IMG/VR virus record: IMGVR_UViG_3300020207_000040 | Span: 1-49,924 of that record | Reading direction: 5' to 3' (one strand) | From: a virus | Taxonomy: Duplodnaviria; Caudoviricetes | DNA length: 49,924 nucleotides | In this document: piece after piece, positions 26,907-36,400 of the stretch | Layout of the letters: every line of letters starts with the position of its first letter | Numbering within the stretch: the first letter of the stretch is position 1 | Program-made: the position numbers and the translations under genes | The notes under the pieces: model-generated | Databases searched by the model: none | What the model was told of the DNA's origin: nothing | What the model saw: the letters and a program-made list of their open reading frames with translations, nothing else

Positions 26907-29330
26907 TTACTTCGGCTCAAATCTTGATAAATCAAAACCGCCTAAAACATCATTTCCTTTTGATTCAAATGATTGTTTTGGTTTTTCTGTTTTTGGTGGA
27001 CCAGAAATAGAGCTAACTGATATTTTTTTGTCAGCTATTCTTTCTTGAGTTTCAGATTGTTTGTCAACCAATTCTTTTTGAGCAGATAATTCTAACTCTT
27101 TTAATTTAACATTTAAGTCATATTCAAATTGCATTAACTGCTTTTTAGTTTCAGCTTCAAATTGTAGTTTCTTAATAGATAGTTCATTTTCAGCTGTTGA
27201 AATTTGAATAGCGCTTTCGGATTTGACTTGTTGCGCTTGTGCTTTTGCATTTTCAATTTCAATTTGTGCTTTACCTTGCGCTTCAGCTTGAGCAACAGCA
27301 GCGGCTTGTGCAGCTTGCTGATCAGTCATTTGCTTTTTAAGTCTTCTGAATTTGAGTAATTGATTAGCAAGTTTTATATTTCTAACTTCTCTAATATCAA
27401 TTGCATCTTCTAAGAAAATACTTTGTTGAGCTAATGCTGCTTGTATATTGTTTTCTAAAGATTGTTTTTCAAGTTCATCTGGCTGTAAATCTAAAAATAT
27501 ACCAAAGTCGTGTAGATGCAAGTTTTCTAATTCTTTTAAAGAACCTACAGAAAATTGCCCTAAACTTGAAATAAACATATCTCTTGTTGGATGGAATTCT
27601 AATATATCCTTAAATCTTAAAGATATTGCTTCTGCCAATGTTTTTGTAATAAATAAGCTTGTCTCTAATATGTGTCTTGTAGCTACATTACTATTAGCAG
27701 CTGCCATTTTTTGAACCCCAACTAATGCTTTTGGATCTGGGTCAGATCCGTCTCTTGCTTCATTTAATCCGGTAATATCCCGAATCATTTGTAAATATTG
27801 ATTGTATGCTCCAATCAATAATTGTACTTGGTTTCCGCCACCACCAGGAAGTTCTTGAATAGGCACTTTGCCTGGGTTCGGATCGCCTTCAACAGTTAAT
27901 GATCTACCTATAATAGATCCTGTTTGGAAATACATGTTTAATGCTTCCTGCGGATTATAGCTAGTGCCGTTTCCTAAATCAATTTCAGCTAATCCATCAG
28001 CATCAATATAAACTCCAGATGGAGTCATTCTTTGTATTGCTTGTTGTAGCTTTAAATGTGTTAGCTGAATTAAATCAGCATAAGGTGTCATTTTAGCAAC
28101 CAAAGAATCAATTTTACCTTTATATATTCTAGGGGCCGCTACAACATAATTCATTAAAACCTTATTCGCATTAGAATGAGGTCTAATCATATTAGTAGCC
28201 TTTTTCCATTTTAAAAGTTTATTAGCTCCTAAAATATAAACACCTTCATATATTACTTCTTGTGCCTTTGCTACTCTTTCAAATCTTGTTCTTTTATCTT
28301 TTGGCGGATCAAAAGAATCATCTTTTTCAATCGCTTTTTCAGCGCCAGAAGCAATTTCTTTTATTTTATAAACGTTATTTTCCCACGTTTTCCAATTAAA
28401 ATATAAAACGTTAACGCTATTATCTGCTGAATCTGTAGTATTTTCTACACTATAATTATTTGAATAATTATTCCAACCGCCGCTTTTATTACTTAAATCT
28501 TCAATATCTTCGTTTGATAAACTTGGAAATTGTTTTTTAAGTTCATTTACTCTTGTTGATTTTATTTCGCCAAAATAATAGCAGTCTTGAAAATAAGGAT
28601 CTTCTGTATATGACCATATTAAGTTTGCGGGATCAACGTAATCCAATTTAACACCATCAGTATTATTAAAAGAATGGCGTGCTGCTCCAATGCCTAATAC
28701 AGCTATATCATAATCAACACGAGATTTTGTATATTCGTATTTGTTTTGATTAAATATATTTGATATTGCTTGTTCTTGTGCTATTTCTATTCCTTGCTTA
28801 TAATTAAGCTGCATAAATAAATCTAACTCTTCGCTTGATCCAGGTAATTTTTCTTTTTCAATATTGCGAACATTAGTACCAAGTTCAGCCTCAATTAAAT
28901 CAAGCATGGCATTAGTATTCATATCTCTTTGAACACCTTCAACATACTTTGTACGTTTACCAGTAGAAATAGGATCTTCACCTACCGCTCTAACATTATA
29001 TAAGCGGTCTTGCATTCCGTTTACAACAATATCAATAAACTTTGGAATGATTGGTACAGGTTTCCAATCTAAATTAAGATATGATAAATCACCATTAATA
29101 GCAAATTCATCTTTATATTTTCTTATTGATTGTTCGCCTCTAGCATATAAACGTAACCTATGAAATTCATCGCGTAAAGCATAATATCTGCCTTGTGATC
29201 CGCGGCCTGAATTAAACCATTCTTGTTCTATGGCTTTTGCAACTTGCGTACCATATTCAACAGTTTTTTTCTCTGAATCAGACACTGCCTGACTTGGAAA
29301 ATTAGAATAGTTATTTTTTATTTTTGCCAT
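26907..29330 (-). CDS. Portal protein
   Basis: RLRLYARGEQS..KYKDE..INGDLSYLNLDWKPVPIIPKF.DIVVNG; IRDITGLNEARDGS; after terL. Confidence 0.9.
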   Translation of the reverse strand: MAKIKNNYSNFPSQAVSDSEKKTVEYGTQVAKAIEQEWFNSGRGSQGRYYALRDEFHRLRLYARGEQSIRKYKDEFAINGDLSYLNLDWKPVPIIPKFIDIVVNGMQDRLYNVRAVGEDPISTGKRTKYVEGVQRDMNTNAMLDLIEAELGTNVRNIEKEKLPGSSEELDLFMQLNYKQGIEIAQEQAISNIFNQNKYEYTKSRVDYDIAVLGIGAARHSFNNTDGVKLDYVDPANLIWSYTEDPYFQDCYYFGEIKSTRVNELKKQFPSLSNEDIEDLSNKSGGWNNYSNNYSVENTTDSADNSVNVLYFNWKTWENNVYKIKEIASGAEKAIEKDDSFDPPKDKRTRFERVAKAQEVIYEGVYILGANKLLKWKKATNMIRPHSNANKVLMNYVVAAPRIYKGKIDSLVAKMTPYADLIQLTHLKLQQAIQRMTPSGVYIDADGLAEIDLGNGTSYNPQEALNMYFQTGSIIGRSLTVEGDPNPGKVPIQELPGGGGNQVQLLIGAYNQYLQMIRDITGLNEARDGSDPDPKALVGVQKMAAANSNVATRHILETSLFITKTLAEAISLRFKDILEFHPTRDMFISSLGQFSVGSLKELENLHLHDFGIFLDLQPDELEKQSLENNIQAALAQQSIFLEDAIDIREVRNIKLANQLLKFRRLKKQMTDQQAAQAAAVAQAEAQGKAQIEIENAKAQAQQVKSESAIQISTAENELSIKKLQFEAETKKQLMQFEYDLNVKLKELELSAQKELVDKQSETQERIADKKISVSSISGPPKTEKPKQSFESKGNDVLGGFDLSRFEPK

Positions 29331-29332
29331 AT

Positions 29333-31561
29333 TTACTTAATTAGCACACTTTGATCTCCTTCATTCTTATATCTTGAGAATGAAAAATTAAGTTTTTTAG
29401 TTGATCTTTCTTGTCTTGGTCTATATAAATGTTTTCTACAAGCCATTATTGCTAAACCACTACTGATTGAAGCATCATGCGCTGTTCTTTTTGATATATC
29501 AAATTTTGCCCAATCTTCTAATGTTCTTTGAAAATACATATTTCCATAATTATCACCAATCTTACCTACGTTTTCTTCTATGTAGGATTCAATTGCTGCC
29601 GCGTGAGCTTGACGTATATCTTCAGAAGTATTCGGTATTCCACCAAGTTCAGCTTCTGTTTTTGATAATGCCCCGCGTAATTTATCTGGTCGGTTCATAG
29701 AGAAACCTCTATAACCTCTTCTTTTAAAATGATATAATAATCTTGGTTTGTTATTTTCCGCTAGTATTGACATCCCATAAAATACACAAGCCATTAAAAC
29801 ATCTTCAAAAAATATTTCAGCTGTTTGCGGTCTTGCAATGTATTCTAAAAAGAATTTACTAGAAGGAAAATCAGGGTTCATTGAAAAAGTTGTTAAACCG
29901 TGTAGTGCCCCATTAGATCCACCACCACCAACTGTTCCTGATATATCATATGAGTCACAGCCAAAATATCCAAATCCTTCATTGCCTGGATATTTTATAC
30001 CATTCTTTTCAATTACATTATTCCTATGTTCTGCTTTTGGTAACCAGCTTATACGGAATCTACCGTTTCTATTTGGTGTCCAAATAACTTCTGTATCTTT
30101 TATTCCATTACGCCAAGAAAAGCTACCTTTAACAACATAACCATTCATTGCCATCTCTTCATTATGATCTATTTGTTCGTAGATTTTTGTAAGATTAAAT
30201 AATGAATTTAATGTTTCATCTCTAAATGCGTGTTTTTCACTTCTTGGAAATTGTCTATAATATTCATTTAAAGCATCGGCGTCATTTCTTAAACCTTCTA
30301 CCTCATTTTCCCAATGTTCAATAACTCCTGTATGTATGAGACCGCCATCAATTCCTTCAACCGCTTCTCGTGGTGTATTGAAGACAGGGAAGCCATACTT
30401 ATCAATGAATCCTTCGTAGCCCCATTCCATAGGAATGAACAAAGCGTATAATCCACTTGTAGTCTGGCCATTTTTATTTCGTGATCTAACGTCTGAGTCA
30501 TAGTACAATTTTTTAAAATTATCCCCGCCTTTATCTAAAGCATTCGACGTAGATCCCATCATGCATTTGCCAACAATCTTAGCTCCTAGTCTTAAACAAG
30601 TTTTTGTTACACGCCAGTTATTTAATATATTATCAGGCCGCTCCCATTTACCAGATTCGTCATGAACTAATAAAATTAATTTTTCACCATCATAACTATT
30701 GTCTCCAGTGTTCTTCCAGTCTATTGTTGTATCGAGCCCCTGCCCCGTGAAATCGTCTTCGGCCTCTTTGAAGGAATTTCTTGTGAGCCTCCTCGAGGGT
30801 ACCTTGTACGATAATTCGGTTTTCGGACGTTCCATTCCGTCCTGTATTGGTTTGAAAAAGAACGGATAGTTGGTCGATATTGGTACAACCTTGTCTGTAA
30901 ACATCTTCTTAGCATCGGATCCTGACTTAGATAATATTCCAAATCGCGAGTCCCTTGATGTTGTAGCAACGTTAACAGTTTCTGAAGACGCCATGAAGCT
31001 AAAGCCAGACCGTCTGTTTTTGAGGTAGCACATTCCATAACATCTGCTATCAGCCTTGCATGCTTCCCAAAAGTAATAGAAGATCCTGTTGGCATGCCTG
31101 AAATCCGGTGCCCCCACGTCAATCTTTGTCCAGTTGAGATACATATAGTGTGATCCTGTAATGTAGCATGGCTCACCGTTGCACATGAACCAATAACCAT
31201 CATTCCTACGAGTAAACTCGGTATCAATATATTTATAGTATTGCTCTTTAGTTTTTTCAGGATGATGTTTAAAATCATGTATGGTTTTTATTTTGCTTAA
31301 TGATTCAGGTCTTTCCCTTCTTATAAATACCTGGTCTTCTTTCTTTAATTCCTGACCATTTATTTTTTCAGGAGTTTTAGGTATTGCTATCTTGAGACCT
31401 TGAATCTCATATATTTCACCAATTGTACCGTCTTTACTTATTACAACGCAATCAAGTTCTTCGTTGTATCCGTACTCGTACTTTTTATGTTTATTATTGT
31501 GCTTTACTTTTTTGGTATCAATATGGTCTATAATTATATTGTAGAGTGATTGTGTATACAT
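29333..31561 (-). CDS. terL: Terminase large subunit
   Basis: Walker A-like KNRRSGFS, Walker B LLVHDE, GSTSN, nuclease FGCDSYD, AENNK, HDASISSG. Confidence 0.92.
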   Translation of the reverse strand: MYTQSLYNIIIDHIDTKKVKHNNKHKKYEYGYNEELDCVVISKDGTIGEIYEIQGLKIAIPKTPEKINGQELKKEDQVFIRRERPESLSKIKTIHDFKHHPEKTKEQYYKYIDTEFTRRNDGYWFMCNGEPCYITGSHYMYLNWTKIDVGAPDFRHANRIFYYFWEACKADSRCYGMCYLKNRRSGFSFMASSETVNVATTSRDSRFGILSKSGSDAKKMFTDKVVPISTNYPFFFKPIQDGMERPKTELSYKVPSRRLTRNSFKEAEDDFTGQGLDTTIDWKNTGDNSYDGEKLILLVHDESGKWERPDNILNNWRVTKTCLRLGAKIVGKCMMGSTSNALDKGGDNFKKLYYDSDVRSRNKNGQTTSGLYALFIPMEWGYEGFIDKYGFPVFNTPREAVEGIDGGLIHTGVIEHWENEVEGLRNDADALNEYYRQFPRSEKHAFRDETLNSLFNLTKIYEQIDHNEEMAMNGYVVKGSFSWRNGIKDTEVIWTPNRNGRFRISWLPKAEHRNNVIEKNGIKYPGNEGFGYFGCDSYDISGTVGGGGSNGALHGLTTFSMNPDFPSSKFFLEYIARPQTAEIFFEDVLMACVFYGMSILAENNKPRLLYHFKRRGYRGFSMNRPDKLRGALSKTEAELGGIPNTSEDIRQAHAAAIESYIEENVGKIGDNYGNMYFQRTLEDWAKFDISKRTAHDASISSGLAIMACRKHLYRPRQERSTKKLNFSFSRYKNEGDQSVLIK
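30298..30501 (-). CDS. Candidate nested ORF (+1 frame) in terL
   Basis: 67-codon open +1 frame coinciding with a C/G-ending codon patch of terL. Confidence 0.3.
   Translation of the reverse strand: MTQTLDHEIKMARLQVDYTLCSFLWNGATKDSLISMASLSSIHHEKRLKELMAVSYIQELLNIGKMR
30721..31278 (-). CDS. Candidate nested lipoprotein-like ORF (+1 frame) in terL
   Basis: 185 stop-free codons; KKLK, then hydrophobic INILIPSLLVGMMV, then IGS-C; local GC rise. Confidence 0.5.
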   Translation of the reverse strand: MILNIILKKLKSNTINILIPSLLVGMMVIGSCATVSHATLQDHTICISTGQRLTWGHRISGMPTGSSITFGKHARLIADVMECATSKTDGLALASWRLQKLLTLLQHQGTRDLEYYLSQDPMLRRCLQTRLYQYRPTIRSFSNQYRTEWNVRKPNYRTRYPRGGSQEIPSKRPKTISRGRGSIQQ

Positions 31562-31809
31562 TATTTTATTCTATCTTCTACTCCAAAAAACTTTACAGAC
31601 TCTTTTTTATCTTTTGTATTATCTTCAGATAATTCTTCTATCTTTTCTATTATTTTAAATGAATCTTCTATTGCAACCCATTTTGCTTGAGCAGCTATCT
31701 TTGCTTTTTCAGGTTCTAGTTCAACTAAATCTATTCGTTGTCTTATAACTTTATCTAATTCTAATAAAGCTACTTGAGCAGCTTCAATTACTTTTTTTCT
31801 CGGATCCAT
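31561..31809 (-). CDS. Small helical protein, possible terminase small subunit
   Basis: Directly upstream of and TAATG-coupled to terL. Confidence 0.55.
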   Translation of the reverse strand: MDPRKKVIEAAQVALLELDKVIRQRIDLVELEPEKAKIAAQAKWVAIEDSFKIIEKIEELSEDNTKDKKESVKFFGVEDRIK

Positions 31810-32362
31810 AGTTTATTGTTATATGATTTGATAAAATTCTATATAATTTTTGATCCTCTATGCTAAACTCATATTCTGAATCAGGTGTAAACCCTACCAC
31901 GTCGCCTACGGTAAATCCTAAGGCTCTTAAATAGCTGTTGCTATACACAAGCTCTCCTAATAATTTTCGCTCGCTGTCAGTAGCCCATTTGGAATCTTCT
32001 TTTAATGGCTTTACAAAACAATAACCTTCTAAGCAGTTCCATTGTCCATCTCTTTTGTAAGCATAAATTTGATCAGGAGCAACCATATATTCCCTATCTC
32101 TTATATAGCTAGAAGAATCTTTTTCATTGCCTCTAATATCAATCCATCTGCGAAATACGTTATGATGCAATATTACTTCATCATTTTTTTGTATTGGCGT
32201 TTGGACCATAGCTGGGGTTGAAATAACTTTGCCAATTCTATTTGTAAACATAAAATCGCGTTCTGTTATTTCTGTATTTAAAATAAGCTCTTGCCCCTCT
32301 ACATCTGTAGAATTATTATATCTTTGATTACAGTAAATAATAAAATTGAAAATTGAACGCAT
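31784..32362 (-). CDS. GroES-like co-chaperonin (two GroES-like halves)
   Basis: G.VISTP...PIQ.NDEVILHHNVF; CFVKPL...GELVY...L...GDVVGFTP.SEYEF.I..QKLYR. Confidence 0.65.
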   Translation of the reverse strand: MRSIFNFIIYCNQRYNNSTDVEGQELILNTEITERDFMFTNRIGKVISTPAMVQTPIQKNDEVILHHNVFRRWIDIRGNEKDSSSYIRDREYMVAPDQIYAYKRDGQWNCLEGYCFVKPLKEDSKWATDSERKLLGELVYSNSYLRALGFTVGDVVGFTPDSEYEFSIEDQKLYRILSNHITINYGSEKKSN

Positions 32363-32580
32363 TAGTAGTCTAGGTTGTACTCAACTGAAATTGCCATGTT
32401 TTTATTAAAATGTTTCCAAGGCAATACTTCGTCATTTTTTTTAATAAATATATTATAAGTTCCGTCTTCTTCTATGATGTCTGAAATAGTATGCCCACCA
32501 TAAACTTCTTGACCAACAGCATAATGCATTGCTTCATTTTTATAATCTTGGCCAATTGATATTTTTCTAATTAATTTCAT
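32362..32580 (-). CDS. Conserved hypothetical protein (72 aa)
   Basis: MKLIRKISIG.DYKN.AMHYAVGQEVYGGH; ATG at 32580 follows the endolysin stop. Confidence 0.75.
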   Translation of the reverse strand: MKLIRKISIGQDYKNEAMHYAVGQEVYGGHTISDIIEEDGTYNIFIKKNDEVLPWKHFNKNMAISVEYNLDY

Positions 32581-32581
32581 T

Positions 32582-32926
32582 CTAGTAAGTCCAAATTGTT
32601 GTTTCAGGTGCGCCAGGATAACCAATACCTACGTGCACAAAGTTATTTTTTCTACTTATACCTATTCTTTTAAATCCAACTTCAATAGCTGCTTTTACTA
32701 ATTTAAAGGTTGCCTCACCACCTACACAAGCAATATCAACTGCAGCACCATAAGTATGTTCGCCTGGTTTTGATTTTTTAGCTTCAATTGGATGATCAGG
32801 AGATCTATAAGTTGATGTTAACTTAATTGGAAAACCATAAGCTTCTCTTAGGTTGTCAAGCATTTCTAAAAGCTTTGGATCCATTTTATCAAATTCATTA
32901 AATTCAGATTCATTAAAGTATTTCAT
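32582..32926 (-). CDS. Peptidase M15 family endolysin
   Basis: MKYF..SEF, LDNLRE.YG.PI.LTS.YRS..H, H..G.AVDI, F.RIG....FVHV. Confidence 0.88.
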   Translation of the reverse strand: MKYFNESEFNEFDKMDPKLLEMLDNLREAYGFPIKLTSTYRSPDHPIEAKKSKPGEHTYGAAVDIACVGGEATFKLVKAAIEVGFKRIGISRKNNFVHVGIGYPGAPETTIWTY

Positions 32927-32930
32927 TGTA

Positions 32931-33083
32931 TTATTTTTTAAGTTTACTATGTATATTAATTAAAGTATAGACAATTGTTAGTAATAAAACCCCTGTCTGT
33001 AACGCGGGATTTAAACCTTCTGCCAGCGGCGAGCTTGCTATTAATGCTGTTATATTTATACCGTATATTTTTAAATCTGTCAT
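32931..33083 (-). CDS. Small holin-like membrane protein (50 aa)
   Basis: Hand translation MTDLKIYGINITALIASSPLAEGLNPALQTGVLLLTIVYTLINIHSKLKK*; ATGA overlap with the upstream holin. Confidence 0.65.
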   Translation of the reverse strand: MTDLKIYGINITALIASSPLAEGLNPALQTGVLLLTIVYTLINIHSKLKK

Positions 33084-33496
33084 TTGTGTCTATTATTACC
33101 CATAATTTTTTCGGCACCGCGTGATCCAAAATATCCTATGAATACAATTGTCATTAATTCTTTCACTGTGTCTAATTGTTCTATTTGCATATACCATCCA
33201 ATAACAAAAGCTACTGTTAAAAATACTAGCGTTAGCGGCCGTACATTAGAAGCTAGCCAAGATCCAGATCTTGCATCAGCAACCCAACGACGTGTTATGC
33301 CATCAATTTCAGTTCTTTCTAATTCTAGCTTTTTAAGTGCCAATTCTTTATCAGCATCTGACATATCAGATCCACCAATAATAGCTTGTATTACAGAGCC
33401 TACAGGGGTGTCTCCTGCGATTGCACCAACAACGTTAGGAATTTTGTCTAATAAAAATTTACCAACGCTGGTATCTTTAAATTTCTTTTTTTCCAT
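33080..33496 (-). CDS. Holin, 3TM (GTA-holin-like) family
   Basis: ITRRW.AD..S.SWL..NVRPLTLVFL...GYFGSRG.EK. Confidence 0.75.
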   Translation of the reverse strand: MEKKKFKDTSVGKFLLDKIPNVVGAIAGDTPVGSVIQAIIGGSDMSDADKELALKKLELERTEIDGITRRWVADARSGSWLASNVRPLTLVFLTVAFVIGWYMQIEQLDTVKELMTIVFIGYFGSRGAEKIMGNNRHK

Positions 33497-33499
33497 TGT

Positions 33500-36400
33500 T
33501 TATGCTATTGCTAAGTAAATGTATGTTGAACCATTTGAGTTAACTTGCCCTTCACCAGCCGTTCCAGCAGGCGCAACTAAAGAAAAACCTGTGTCATCAA
33601 AGTCAACCTGTATAGCCGGATTTCCAGTAGAAGATTCTACCGCACTATCATTTGCTTGTATATTTAAGTTTGCAGGATTAGATGGATTTCTAATGCTATC
33701 AACTATATTCCATCCTTCGCCTGATGTGTTTTTTATCATAACCCATCTTGGTCTAAAACCTGTAGTCACATCATTATTAGGTTGTCCAGTCCCTGTATAA
33801 CTTCCCACTTTCTGATAACCATCTACTGAATGGAAAAAATATCCTATATATGGACTTCCAGTGCCATTTGTATGGGGTTGAGCACCAACGGTAACAATGC
33901 TTGAATCTATTGCGCTCCAGCGAGCAGTGTCGGTTGCCTTTGCAGCAGTGCTATTTAAAATTAAATAATCTCCTGCATTTAAGTTAAATAAAGGCGCTTG
34001 CCATTCTCTTGTTCCATCCAATTGTTTTATAAATGCTAGTTCGGGAGTTGAAGATAATCCGTGTCCAATTGTCTGGGACGCAGTTTCATTGCCTGTCCAC
34101 TTTACAATACTAAACCCTGCATCTTGATTTGCTGAAACAGATGAAGTAATACTGCCATCAGTATTGCTAACAGCTGTTCCCCCCGCTTTCCAACACCAAG
34201 CTACAAAATCTATATTGGTTTCATTAACATTTGCAGAAGTTCCAATTGTAAAGCCATTTGAATCAAGACTTGTAATCCTTGCTGATGAAGTTGCTTCTGC
34301 ATTTGTTAAATTAGTACTTAAATAATTGTATTGCTGCTGAACAGAAGTTGAAAGCATATGATTTCTTGCCGATCCTCTTGACTTTATCCAAACCAAATCA
34401 GGTTCAAATGAAGTTCCTACGAAACTTACATTTGTAGGTGTTCCGTCATAAGCGTAGAGTACATTTGTTGCTGTACCGTTTAAAAATGCAGGGTTAGAAC
34501 TACTATTATAATTTGATACTATAGTGCTATCAGAAAGTACAGAATCATAATATCTAAATTGTGATATATTACCATACATACTTAAGGTATTGTTTCTTGC
34601 AGATCCTATTCTTAAATCATCTGTCAAGCTTGTTGTTGATCCAGGATTAGAAGACTGTCCAGTAATTTTTTGACCATTAACCCAAAAATAAATACCATTT
34701 GTGCCAAATGTCATTGCAATATGATACCATATGTTTGCTTGCCAAGTATAGCTTGGTTGAACGTATTGAGATCCTGTTCCCCAGTCAAAATATATAACGT
34801 TATTTCCAGGTCTAACTAATAGACATAATTCTTCTGAAGCATCACTTGATCCCTTTCCAACTATAGCATTCCATTGGTTTGTTGTACTATCCAATTTAAA
34901 CCAGGTTTCAATAGTAAAGTTGCTATTAACAATATCTGCTGTGTCTGGTATATTAACATAATCCCCAGATCCAAATTTTAAAGAATCCCCATCAAGTGTA
35001 GCACCATATATTGTTCCATCATTTCCATTTGTAGTTAAATCTGACCAAGTTGATCCACCACTATAAGAATCTTCAACTAATGTATTTAGATTAATTTTTA
35101 AATTTGTAGTATGTACATTATCTATATAAGTAGCTGAATTATTAGCATTCCCTTCTAATTCATACAATGCAATACCACTACCATCATCAAATATATCTGT
35201 AGTTGATTTTGTAGCTGATGCTGACGTTTCCCCGTATAAGGTTGTTATTTCACTTGATGATAGCGCTTTGTTAAATAAACGCATTTGATCTATTTTACCG
35301 TTAAATGAGGTGCCTGGATAGCCATCTTGGCGCCCAACAATTATTGGTTGAGAATTTCCTGAATTAATTGTATTAGTATTGCTAAAAGTTTCAGCTACCC
35401 CGTTTATATAAATAATTGTTTGAGTAGAATTTCTTACATAGGCAATATGAAACCAACTTCCCGTTGTAATAGTTGTAGAAGTAGAAGTCATAACATTGGT
35501 ACTACTACCATATTTTTCATAAACAATTAACTTAGTATTATCTGCAGAGCCATTAAAGCCAAAGAAATACGATTGATTAGTTGAAGTAGAACCCCATTTA
35601 GAAATTATGCAAGCATCACTTTGAAATGACGATACATTTATCCAAGCAGATATACTGAAATCTTCAGAAGAAGCATCAAAAGGAGTTGTAGATGTAGAAT
35701 TAATTGTTATATAGCTACTGCTACCATCGAACAGACCAGCTGTGCCAATATATCCAGATACACCTCCAGTGTCTTTTGCTCCCTTTTCAAATTCATATAA
35801 AGCTATACCAGAGCCGTCATCAAAAATATCAGTTGTGGATTTAGTTGATGAAGCATTGTTTTCACCGTATAGTGTAGTAACCTCAGATGATGATAATGCT
35901 TTGTTGAATACTCGAAACTGATCTACTTTTCCGTCAAAATAAAAACCACCCCCACTACGGCCAATACGCATGCCTGTTGTTTGTCCATATGGGGTAGGGC
36001 TTGCGGTACCAATAGAAGAACCATTTAAATAAGCGGTAACTGTTATTGCGCTTGCATAAGAACCTGGTGTATAAGAACTTGCCCATCCTGTATAAATTAA
36101 TACCAAATGATTCCAACCTGAAGTGGCTGTAGTTGAAGAAATTCCTACTATTTCATTAGTTGATATAATGGAATTACTTCCTGTGCCAATAATGGCTATA
36201 TCAATTCTACCACCTTTATTATCAAAATAATACAAATTATCAGTATAATTTGAAAGAGCGCTATCAGCCCAAAACCAAAGTGAATGAGCTATTGTATTAT
36301 ATGATGGAGATAAACTTGTCTGTATATAGCTACTACTACCATTAAAATCAGCGGCAGTACCAATCTTACCCCCTATGCTTTGTGTTGAACCAGTACCGGT

